Positions 50,101 through 61,129 of a stretch of 64,000 bases of DNA are shown piece by piece (positions within the stretch are counted from its first letter, which is position 1; every line of letters starts with the position of its first letter). This DNA comes from Psammoneis japonica (taxonomy: Eukaryota): contig QPGO01000104.1 in NCBI GenBank assembly GCA_008632985.1, forward strand, positions 62,001-126,000, written 5' to 3'. Under the pieces are notes generated by a model that had not been told where the DNA came from, searched no databases, and worked only from the letters and a program-made list of their open reading frames with translations. Position numbers and translations under genes: made by a program.

Positions 50101-50259
50101 TTCAACAACGTAAGGGGTTCAACGTGTCAAGCGAAATGATCGAAAAAAATTCGCACAGCACAATAATTTTGACGTTTTTGCGCAAAAAATCAGACGAAAA
50201 TTGACCAAACCCAAAACACACGTACATCAGAGGAGCACACAACACAACACAGATGCAAC

Positions 50260-51380
50260 ATGGGTTCCGACAATGATGAAAGCCACCGGCGGTTTGCGTT
50301 TCAACGACTGTTCATACTGCAAAAACGGCATGCCCTACTTTTACTGGGAGGACTGATTCTGTTACTTTACAAAAATAATCTCCCTCCACCCGAACTTTAT
50401 TATGCCAACACGTTTGAAACATATGACGAATCGTTTGTACCAGAACGTTGTCTCGACACTGTTGATAAATTCAAACAAGTTCAAGAAGAGCACAAGAAAC
50501 AAATTGTGTTTGTGTGTCATCGTAAATGGTGTAATAGTTGGGGACACTGTGATCCATGCATGGGATTGGGAGATCGAATGCGCTTTTTGCTATCCGCCGT
50601 CGAGTTGGCCACCAAGGACGGGATTGCCATTCAACTCGATCATTCGGTGCAGGGCATGGAAATTTTAAAATCGGCAGTCTACCTCGACAAGTCAGGATGG
50701 TGGGGTGAAGTGTTTCGGTATCGATCTTGGCCTGGAAAGGAACGAACCGTCAAGGAGTTTTGTAAGAATCAGGATGAAACACGTGCACACGTGAATTTTC
50801 AAAAGGGCGCAGCTCCGTTTGACTATGATGCATGCTATTTTTATGCCCTCTTTCGACCCACACCTGCACTACAAAAAGAAATTCAACGGCACGATCAACA
50901 ATTGGTCAGCCGAGCATTGGTATTCACTTTCGAGCTGGCGATGTGGCTGCGTTTGGATTGGAACGAACCAAAGATGTACGAAGCACGGGATCGCTCGAGT
51001 CGTCTCTGAAACAAATGTTGACGTGTGCCGACGAGTTGGCAGACCAATTATTTCCTAGTGCAAAGAAACAACAAAATGTCACGTATTATCTCGCCACGGA
51101 CAGTGTCGCGGCCAAGGAGTGGATCAAGGAGCGCAAACAATTGTATTCGCACGTGTACACGACAACCGTTCAACCTCAACCCTACATAAGGGCCGTGACG
51201 AGCAGTGAATGGCTCGAACTCTTCCTCTTATCGCACCGACAAGGGTTGGTTTCCAACAAGTTGCCCAAAAATTATCCCGGTTTGGTGAGCTATCCCTATA
51301 GCATGTTTGCCAAAATGGCAAAAACCATTGGATTTTTACCCGAGGATGCCTTTCGACTGTGTGATTTGAGTATCCAATGA
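50260..51380 (+). CDS. Type II membrane fucosyltransferase-like glycosyltransferase (frameshift ~50905)
   Basis: N-terminal TM. GLGDRM, IGIHFRAGD, YYLATDS and ELFLLS resemble conserved GT-B fucosyltransferase motifs. Confidence 0.7.
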
Positions 51381-51613
51381 GTATGAAAAGCGATATGCTC
51401 ATCATACTGCTCAAAGGATTAACTCTCTTGCGCTTAAAAAGGGAGATCGGGCTTTTGGTTGCAAATATACTCGGCTGGTCCGGTCGAATGCACAATGTGG
51501 TTTAAAAGAGGATATGGGAGCAATGACATGATTGAAAAGAAACTTTTCGAGCAAGTATAGATAGAGCAAGCCACTTTGAAGCAGAGTCATCACCAGTCTA
51601 TCATTTTTATAGC

Positions 51614-52153
51614 TTACTTTTGTTGCCATGGCCATCCAACACCGACACGTCCTCGTTCATCCCACTCATCGTCGGATTTGCTTTTCTCATTTTGTAGCTC
51701 CTCCTCTTGACTTGTTGTAAACATGGATGGATTCTTTTTGAAAACTGGAGGTTGATATCCCACCATGGAAACAAAACTCTTTAATCTCATTTCACCCTCT
51801 TTGAAGGACATTTGAATGGCCAATGGATCTTTTTCGTGGAGTAAATCTCGATAGGAACGTCGAATTTCATCTTGAGCTTGGTCTCGCTCGTCTCCTGCCG
51901 GTATGTTTTTCGAGGCTCTCAGAAACGTTCGGTATTGTCGCAATACAGTAGCCTTGTGCATGAATTCTTTCAGTGTGGGAATGTCTTTATTTTGTTTGTA
52001 GGAAGCACGTTTTCGAGGTCCTTGCCGTCGTGATGGTGGTTTGGTTGTTGAAAAAGCGTTTCTTAGGATGGTTGTAGCGCGTGAAGAAAAGTCAACTCTC
52101 AAACGCGTACAACAATGTACTCTCATGGTGAAGGGCTTAGATACTGCAGACAT
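51614..52153 (-). CDS. Mitochondrial LYR-motif (Complex1_LYR-like) protein
   Basis: Basic presequence, then VLRQYRTFLRASKNIP...DEIRRSYR...EGEMRL. Confidence 0.75.
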   Translation of the reverse strand: MSAVSKPFTMRVHCCTRLRVDFSSRATTILRNAFSTTKPPSRRQGPRKRASYKQNKDIPTLKEFMHKATVLRQYRTFLRASKNIPAGDERDQAQDEIRRSYRDLLHEKDPLAIQMSFKEGEMRLKSFVSMVGYQPPVFKKNPSMFTTSQEEELQNEKSKSDDEWDERGRVGVGWPWQQK

Positions 52154-52608
52154 GATACTCTTACAACAGAATAGGGCATAAATGCATACAGAGAAGCTTA
52201 GACCGTTGCCGCGTCATTCATCGCAATATAAATAATGAGAAAGGCCGCGCCACAAAATAGTGAGTCAGTCGACGGCGCAGATTCCATCGCGAGATTCCCG
52301 CGCAAAAAAATTCCATCGCCCGACAACTCGAGCTTGTTCCAGTTCTCGCAAAGTATGAATAGACTAGATATTTGCTTCGAATGACGATTCGTCTGAAACA
52401 TTTTCAATTTGGTCCGTAGCCCTCTCGACATGGAGTGAAAGGTTCATGGCAACTGAGGTGCGACGGGTCATAGCCTCTATTGTTATTCTCTCTCTCGAAA
52501 ACTCGTTCGCTTATACTAACAAAATGTACAATCTATCATGTTTCAACCCATCTTTAAAAGTGTATCATACACTACTATTCAAATTCAATTTTCATTTTTA
52601 TACAAGAT

Positions 52609-53297
52609 TCAATCCAACGCTGGATTCGACGCAAAGTTCTTAATGGCAAAGGACGATCCACATCCACACGCACTCTCGGATTGTGGATTTTCCGTCACGA
52701 CAAAGGCCGACTTGATTAATTCCTGTACAAAATCAATCGTACTGCCGTGCACCAATTGTAGAGAAGTCTTGTCAATGACGACTCGCATGTCTTGAAAAGA
52801 AAACACCACATCCTCGTCCTCGTCAACAGCTTCGTCCTGATCGAGGGTCAATTCAAATTTGTATTGAAATCCAGAACAACCACCGGCGTCCACGTATAAC
52901 CGTAAATACATTTCGTGTGGTGATAGTTTGCGTTGTTGTAACAATTGGCGAATGCGATTCCAACAATTATCGGTAATTAGTACCTTGTTTTCATTTTCTG
53001 AAGAAGTATTGGTGGTGATGACGACTGGTTCCTCCGCCGCTGAGACTGTAGCAGTAGTAGTACTGTTTTGAATACTCTCTTTCATAGTTGTGTTTACATC
53101 AAGAGATCCAGCAGGTGTTTGGGTAACAACCACCATGGTTCGTTTTGAAGCAAAAGAAAATACAGCTGCTGCTGCAAAGGATGGAGCCTTTGATGATTTT
53201 TCTTCACGGCACTTGTAAAACAATGTCGTCTCAGAAACCGCAAGCCCATCGTTCGATATTGTCGACTTGTAGTACTAATACACAGTACTGAATTCAT
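52609..53297 (-). CDS. ISCA2: Mitochondrial A-type Fe-S cluster assembly protein (IscA2/HesB family); frameshift in presequence
   Basis: LRLYVDAGGCSGFQYKF, TIDFVQELIKSAF, NPQSESACGCGSSF. Confidence 0.9.
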
Positions 53298-53678
53298 TGT
53301 TTTTTCGTATTGTTTTGTTGTGAATGAGTCAAGAGGAGCGCACCGTTATTCGTGTTGTCATGGTTGCCTCTGAAACTGTGCAAACTTTGGGGCTCCTTGG
53401 AAGAAATCAAAACAACGTCGACGTGATAGTGACGTCAGCAGGAAAGACATATATGTATATGAAGAGCTGAAGGTTTAAATATGCTCGAGAAATCGAAATT
53501 AAAATATATCCTCAGTGCTGAATATATTCTAATTCCTGTTGGCAGCAGATTTTCCTTTTTCGAAAAACGAACCAATCAAATTGTTTCAAAATCGTGACGA
53601 GGCCGATTGCGCGATCCAGCCAGCGGCGCATGCCATCTTTTTTTTGTTTGTGGCATTGGCATTTTATTTTGCATCACC

Positions 53679-54229
53679 ATGGCGCTCGTAACGACGGCAT
53701 CAGCTCCATTAGTTGCCTCGCAAGCAGAGCAGGACAACAAGACGATCCATGTCTTTTTTCGGCTTGCTAGTGGCAAGGTATGTTGTGCTATGTGTTGATT
53801 ATGTGACTCTTTGTATGTATGTATCCTTTCGATCTTTTTGCAGATATAAAATCTAACTTTTATATGCCTATTGCTCTCCTCTTGTCTCGTTTTCAGACCA
53901 TCTGTTTAGATGTCAATCCCTATGTACAAGACATGATGGATTTGGAAAAACGCCTCGGCTTGTCATCGTGCCGACACGATGATGTCTTTTACACGTACAA
54001 TGGCAAGCCCCTCTCGGAGGACGTGCTGTTGTCTCATTACAGTGTGAGAGATGGATCCACTGTATTTGTATCGCATCGACAGAGGGGTGGGTGCTTCATG
54101 GTGTCCTTTTCGATTCTCGTCATTATTTTCTTGTCATTCATGGGGAGTTTTTGTACCTGCGGTTTGTCGCTCGTGGTGATTCCGTTTCTACTACCGCTCT
54201 TGTTTGTGTTGCCCCTGTTTTGTTTGTAA
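53679..54229 (+). CDS. Ubiquitin-like domain protein with C-terminal hydrophobic hairpin (intron 53778-53896)
   Basis: IHVFFRLASGK|TICLDV...YNGKPL...LSHYSVRDGSTVFV..RQRGG followed by a TM/Cys-rich tail. The GT-AG intron is in frame. Confidence 0.8.
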
Positions 54230-54711
54230 AATAGTATGTGCAAAACAACACAAGAGGGAAGGGTGTGAGACGCAGATGCAAGCAAGAAATAATATGATTG
54301 GGGGGTGATCCATGACGTGAACAAGAATGGCAGATTGAATCGGTCGTTCTACTATGCGCTTGTTTGCAAGAGTGAGTACTACAAGATTTGAACGTTTCCG
54401 CATTTTCAGTATGGGACTGAACAGAAAATACACAAGAAATTGAAGCTCTAAATTGCTTGGGTACACTCTACACTAGTTTATAGCTTCCATTATAGGTGTT
54501 GGTTTGGGTTGGCTTTCGTCGCTTGCTAGCTACTAGTTTCTTATGGGGGGTAGTGGGTGGGAGAGTACTGCTCTTTGTGTGTTCTTATTTGCTCCTACTA
54601 GATACTAGAGCCTTTGCTCCATCAATGCTAGAAAGTTGATTCAAGCAGAGGCTAGAAAACAACTGGCATGCCCTGCACTCTGTGAGTACGTAAAGTTGAT
54701 GCAGTCTTGCC

Positions 54712-55005
54712 GTGATTTGAGTTTTTGCCGTGCGAGTGAGTCGATTCTCTAGCCGCCTATACTACAGCCATGCTCTGCGCACTCTACAGTAGAGTTTTAG
54801 CCCTACGCAAAAGCAAAGAGCGTTCACCACTGTCTAGCTAGTAGGTAGGGCCTTCAGTGGAGAGTATTGGTGATTTGAGTTTCTACCGTGCGAGTCGATT
54901 CTCTAGCCGCCTATTTCCCTATCCATGCTCTGCGATCTCAAGAGTTTTGTCCCTACAGCACGCAAGAGCAAAGAGCGTGAACCACTGTCTAGCTAACAAG
55001 TAGAG
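54712..55005. repeat. Tandem duplication of a ~140-bp non-coding unit (54712-54850, 54870-55005)
   Basis: Shared blocks gtgatttgagttt, gagtcgattctctagccgcctat, ccatgctctgcg, agcaaagagcgt and accactgtctagcta. Confidence 0.85.
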
Positions 55006-55229
55006 AGAATTTGTGTGATAAACACAAGCAGAGACGGCGATTTGCAAAAAGAAATGCTACATAAAGAGTAGATTGCTATAAGGACCACGTCAGAGAATGA
55101 GCATCACAACGTGTAATATTCCACACAAATACAGTAGTTCCAAAACTTAGACCCACTTTATACACTGCGAGCTAGACGTAAAGCACTATAAATAGCCGTG
55201 TTGTTGGGTTTTAGACTTAATCATACTAC

Positions 55230-56361
55230 TCATGCACTAGGTTCAATCAATCCAACTCCACCAGCGTTTCGCTTGTAAACAACGTTTACTTCCTTGGTTT
55301 CCTCGTTGCGAAAGACATAAAAGTCATGGTCAATGTAATCCAAGGCAAAAATGGCTTCCTGAAGTGAGGTTGGCTTCTTTAAATCGAAGCTATATAGGAA
55401 ATAAAGTGACACAATGAGACTACACATTCATACACACAACCCCTCATTTCCACAAACACACTCACCTTTTGATCTTGGTCACGACGGGAGCTTCGGGATC
55501 TTCAAACCCTTCGTCTTGATCCGAATCACCCTCCTCCTGGTCGTCGACAATGGAATTTAAGGCTTCCGCTAGATCGTCGCCCATTTTTTCGCCACCGTGC
55601 CATCCATCCAATCGACGTTCCTTGTACTTGACAAGTTTGCGTGCCTAACAAACAATATAGGGAGGAATTTCAAAGGCTCGTTTTTAGAATAAACAACAAC
55701 CTGAACAACAACAGCACGCTTTTTCTGTACGTACCAAACGACCAGCAACCGCATCAATCGTCGTGTACATGTCTTCGGTCTCATCCTTGACGTGAATGGT
55801 GGTACCTTTCAGCTCGGTGGTCAGTTCCACCCTGTGACCCTTTTTGACCTATAGAGTAGAATTGAGAACAAAAGAGGGAGGTAAGTATAAGCCATGGGGA
55901 ACACAGTCAGAGAGGATCATGTCGACATGCGAGAAAGAGGATTGAGAAAAAAAGATTTGCTGACACCTTCAACCCATCGCCACGTAGATTTGTACGTGAT
56001 GTCTCTGGTACACAGTCAGACCGCAATGATACGGCATGATGCTGTTCACCGCCATGAAGCTTTAGACAAATATATGATTAACAACAACGACTTACCTTTG
56101 GATTCTTATTGACGGTAAGATGAACATCACAATCCAATATCGCTCCCGACTTCGCTAACTTTCCCAGGGGCCTTTCCAAGCGCTTATTGACATAATCCTC
56201 AAGAGCATCGGTGACTTCAATGTTGTTTCCACTAATTGTTACCGGAACGGCTGATGCTTGTAGAAATAAAGCAGGAACATTGGGTTTTTTATTTGTTGGT
56301 ACAAACGCAGTAACAGCCGAGAGTGCTGCTACGAATACTATAGCAACGTTGGACGCATCAT
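55230..56361 (-). CDS. PSRP1: Plastid ribosome hibernation factor (long HPF/LrtA, PSRP1-like), 4 exons
   Basis: Bipartite presequence ...SAVTAF. ISGNNIEVTDALEDYV..RL, DMYTTID, RKLVKYKERR, EAIFALDYIDHDFYVFRN...VVYKR..GGVGLIEP. Introns 56095-55849, ~55734-55645 and 55465-55391. Confidence 0.9.
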
Positions 56362-56579
56362 GGTGTTTTTTTTGGGTGTCGTTTTTTGTGTGTCGCAAGG
56401 ATTTGTGACGAACGAACGAGAGCGTCAGAATGATACGCTGAGCGATTCCGTTTTTGTACATGAGAATAATAGGAAGAAGGGAATCATTCATTTCTCGAAC
56501 GATGCGAACCCTGCGGCGCGTGGAATGATGGCGCCATCACCGTGTATGTCGTTGGACCGATGGACGGACTTACTTCTTG

Positions 56580-58480
56580 TTGCCAGTGCGTGGTGTGCAC
56601 TGTGTGAACTGCACAAAGCAACAAATGTGAAGCTGTGACTTGTTTGAAGCACGCTTGCATGCAAATCCTCAGTGGGAAGTGACTCTCCTCTCTTTCTTCT
56701 CACATCATTGTGTGTGCTGCGTCCGTGTGTGTCTTTTGGAGCTCTCCTGCACCTCTGCTTGCTGCGCGCCTCTTTGCCTGAGATGACAAAACAAGGAGCG
56801 GTGGGCCCGACTTGCAGCAGCACTCCATGGCATTGACTCTGTCAGTTTGGGGCTTGTTTTCAACTTGCTAGAGTGTTTCACCTGATGAGCTGCCTGAGTG
56901 TGTCAACATGTCACAGCAAGAGAACAAACTCTCAACAGCGCACTGCAAAAGACGCTCCCCCAGCACTGTGGTCACACGCACCAAAAGCAACAAGGGCAGC
57001 CAGTTTCTCCACTCAGCTTTGCAAAAAGCCACCTCCCTGGGCAGCATCTTGTTCTAAGCACCTGAGTCAGCATCAATCAGAACATGATGTCATCATGACG
57101 GAAATGTCACCCACCCAATGAAAGCGACATGGTTGACATCACCTGTGACGTCATTGTGCAAAACCATCAAAACAAAGAACATCAAAAGACCTCTCCTGTT
57201 GGGGTCATTCTTCTCCATTGCTGTCAGTCTCCTGTTGCCATGTTCACTGTGCTTGAAGAAGAGTGCAAATGAAACAGAGTGAAGTGCAAAAAGCAAAAAT
57301 GTGAGATTGGATTTTGCACAATCACTTTGGGTTTGTCCAAATGAGTTCTCAATGGCCTAAATTTTCTGCACTGCTCCCACATGAGAGAGGCCTTTCAGAG
57401 AATGCAATCGTGACATCAGATTGTCCAGGTGCAATTGCTGTTGACACATGAAATGTCAGCATTGAACTCTGCATGATCGATCTAACTGACCTTCGCATGA
57501 ACTCACAATCAATGCACGATTGAGCACACAACAATGTGCAAGCACACACATGCACATTGTGCAACATGTGCAAGTTGTGTGGTGCACCATTTGGCCATTT
57601 TGCAAACACCTGAACCCCCCACGCACATGCGTGTAACAACAGCAACATCATCACATCATGACAGCCGCAAAATTGTGCCAAATCATGAAATGAAAATGGA
57701 GTTTTCTCTGCACCTCAAGAGCTGCCATGTGCATTTCTCCTGCGGCCTTTTGACATCAAGCTGACAAAACTCACCCCAGCTTGTGTCATTCTTGATCTCT
57801 TTTTGTTTTCCTTTGAGATTGTCAAGGGTGGGGCTGCCTGAAGCAGGCCACAGAGCGCCAACTGCCGCCAAACCGCCATGACACAATGCACACAATGCCA
57901 AGCACCGTTCTTTTCCAGTCAGCTGCCAGACTTGGGCCACCTGAAGTGCTGCCATGACACAAAGCACCAATGGCTGACTGACCCACTTTTTGCTGCCAAA
58001 CTTCCACACAGAGACTTGCTAGAAGCAGGTGGTAGATGAAGTTGTCAAGAAGGTTTTCTGACATCACTGAGAAAAAACTTGGCATCCTTGTTTTGTTGTC
58101 CACCACTTTTGTGTGAAGCAGCAGTGATCAGCTTTGTGCAAGGCAGCAGCGCTCGCTTTCTGCTCGCCACTGCAGCAGAGCCTTCAGCATGGCTTGTTGC
58201 TTTCACTGATGCCTCCACACATTTAATTCATTTCTCTGCCCAAACTTGCACCCCCTTGTCACTCAAGAAACTGAGTTTGATGTTCACTCACCCACTTTTG
58301 TCGGCGTGTCTCTCCAACCATTGTGCACACACATGATGGTGCTTAGAACTGCAGCATTCAGCAAGCTTGACAGATTTGTTGGGAAGGCTGATCCAGAGCG
58401 TAGTTCTAATGGCCATGGATTTTTGAAAAGCCTGTGAGCATCATCGTGGAGCGACCGCTTGCGCAGCATTTCTGGTGTGC
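56580..58480. other. TpA-depleted island G
   Basis: About 10 TA in ~1.9 kb, nearly all TAA/TAG. Abrupt switch to TA-rich DNA at ~58490. Confidence 0.85.
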
Positions 58481-58845
58481 AACTGCGCGTACCGTAGAAA
58501 GAAATAATAATCATCCTGGATTCAATTCCAGTTTTATGTCTATAGACATACTTCTATTTAATAAGAAATAGACAAAAAGGAAAATGACTTAACATGTTGT
58601 GGTACATAAGTAATCATAGTGAAGACTAAAGAAGGTCATTATATGATAAATGTTTAGTGAGAAGGTCATTTAGGCAAAGTTGTCATATTTCATATATGTA
58701 TGTATTTTATGTTTGATTCGGTTCGCGTCGGTCATGGAAAAGAACGAAGAAAAAAACAAAAAGCTCACCGACCGACCTTGGACGCAATCAATCATCAATA
58801 TTATTACTTCTACGATAGACGCAGTTTCGTAGCAAAGACGACACT

Positions 58846-61053
58846 ATGGTTGGGAACAAGAAGAATAGATGCTATTTGGCTACAGTTTTATTGCTGCTGT
58901 GGGCTTCGAGAATTGGGTCAGCTGTTGTAAGTTGAGCGGTATCTTGGGTTCAAAATCAACACGTACCTGCATCATACTCCGTCAAAAGCATGGTATGATC
59001 TTACACGATTGCTTTTACGAATCTCACGTTTTGATAAAGGCATTGGAGATTCCAAGTATTCATTACCTACAGAAACGCAACACACAGGTGACTACTAAAC
59101 AGTGGGTCCCCCGTGAATTAAGACAGGCTGGAACTGCTCCTCCCAAAGTTACCGGCAAAGAGATGTGCATCGGCCGCACATCTGGTCTAACTCTCAACAT
59201 CTTTGTTCTAAAAGAGGATGGAACGTACGCACCTCGTGGTTCGCTTTCACTCCCTCAAGGTTATGGAATCCATAAATACTGGCGTTTTCTCCACAGATTG
59301 TCAATTCGTTGGCGTTACCCTCTATCACGACAATCGCTCTGGAGAAGACAAATACTTCATGTTCATTTTCGAGTACATTTCAGAAGATAATTCTTGGGAA
59401 CTGGTGGGTGGGCGCCATGTGGAAGGACGGGGAAATTCGATCTCGGACAACGGAAAACGCACAATCACCTGTGCGATAGAAGAGGACTACAGCGATAACT
59501 ATAGCTGCCAAGTGTACACGCTAACTGACGGAAAGTGGGAAGTATCAGAGTTACCTGCTGATGACCTCCGCTCAGGCTCAATATCCGCTGACGGAAAGGT
59601 TGTTGTCGCTTCCGGAGCAAGTACTGAATCACCTGGCCAATGGATTTTCGTGTACGAATTGGACGAATCCGGCCGACAGCCAGAATGGAAAGAAAGGAAG
59701 TTGGATCCAGACAATCTAATTACTCCAACACATTTTCGCCAAGTGTCGGCTGATGGCGGAGTCATTTCTTTTGCTTATAGTTCATATTCCTTTTACAAAG
59801 GGGCAGTGCAAACGGTCGTATGGGACGCGTCGACGAAAGAGTACAAGAAGATGGGTGAGCCATTTGTGGGCGGACCTCGTGATCAGTGCGGATTTTCAAC
59901 ATCTCTCAATGCCGATGGATCAATCCTCGCAATTGGTTGTTATGGCCGATCACGAAGGAGCTTAGGGTATGTACGTGTGCTTCGGTACAATGATGTATCC
60001 AACGAGTGGCGTCAGGAAGAAAACCAGGACATTCTGGCTGGCCAAGAAGCGGGGAAGAAGTTTGGTGCACGATTACGGCTTTCGCCGGATGGCAATATCT
60101 TGCTAGTCAACGACGATCTCATGTTTAATTTTGGTGTACAGTCCAAAGCCAGATTTTTGATGCCGCCAAATGTCAGATTGAGGTGCGGTCAAAGCACAAA
60201 CTCGACCACAACAGGAATGGCCCAATTCTCGGGTACGTCTGCATGTCCGTTGAAGAGCATTACCGAAGAGGACACCACCGTTGATCTCGACTGTGGCAAA
60301 ACGATTCAGCGCACATGGACAGCAATCGACACCTGTGGTAAGGTCAAGAGCGGAGTTCAGGAGATTCAGTTGGTGGACAGGGATCGCCAATCTAACAGTT
60401 GGCATGCCCAATTTCGAAGTGAAGTGTGGCACTGTTCCCGATTTCACAAAGAGAGCAAGCGCGGTAGACAAATGCGATGGTGAAATCCCGCGTTCTGACA
60501 TATATGCATCACTGATATGGACTCGAACACTGTTGGAACTTACAAGGTTACCATTGGTGTGAAAGATAAATGTGGGAACGGGAGCACACATCAGCGCATC
60601 GCCTGGGTTCCATACAAGATAAGGGCAAAGGGAGTGCTCTCCCGGAACGTTACGTTAGGAATTAAGTCTCTCCTCCCTCGAGATTGGAGGAATGCCGGAA
60701 GACTTTTCTCCTGTCCAGATTCTTTGAAACCTTTCAAGGGCAAGAACGGAACACGAGTGCCTCTGGTTTTGAAGATATTTGACTGCCAAAGGAACCTGTT
60801 GGTTGATCCCGAAGCCTCTAACCTCGAGATACCTCGAGTGATAAATGTGTTCAAAATCAAAGGACGACGTCTTAAGAGGAATTGGAGGGCAGAGGGGCCC
60901 ATGGAATTGAATGACAAGAGTAAGAAATGGATCTCGGCCGTAAATGTAGACGATCTCCGTGGAGATGGCTGTTACGTAGCAAGCTTCAATGTAATGCTTC
61001 CCGGGAAGGAAAGGAAATGGCTGTTTGCATATTCAACATTCCGGCTTGCTTAG
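58846..61053 (+). CDS. Secreted protein: beta-propeller repeats, HYR-like Ig repeats, C-terminal PxKF-like domain (intron from 58927; frameshifts)
   Basis: Signal peptide MVGNKKNRCYLATVLLLLWASRIGSA. ISADG/LNADG/LSPDG repeats, TIQRTWTAIDTCG, GTYKVTIGVKDKCGN, KNGTRVPLVLKIFD. Confidence 0.65.
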
Positions 61054-61129
61054 AGAATAAGAGTCTAGACAAAAGGATCCCTGGCATGCGCTCATTCGGC
61101 CACTTCTAATTGACAATAAGTAATTTCCT

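Noticed and set aside
14245..61053. Programmed frameshifting or mass pseudogenisation of host genes (H+-ATPase ~20146, myosin ~24910, UXS ~37600/37808, DUF1749, PSRP1 ~56353 and others)
   Set aside because: The breaks I checked are each fixed by adding one base to a short homopolymer, and catalytic motifs are intact. This is typical of long-read or pyrosequencing indel error.
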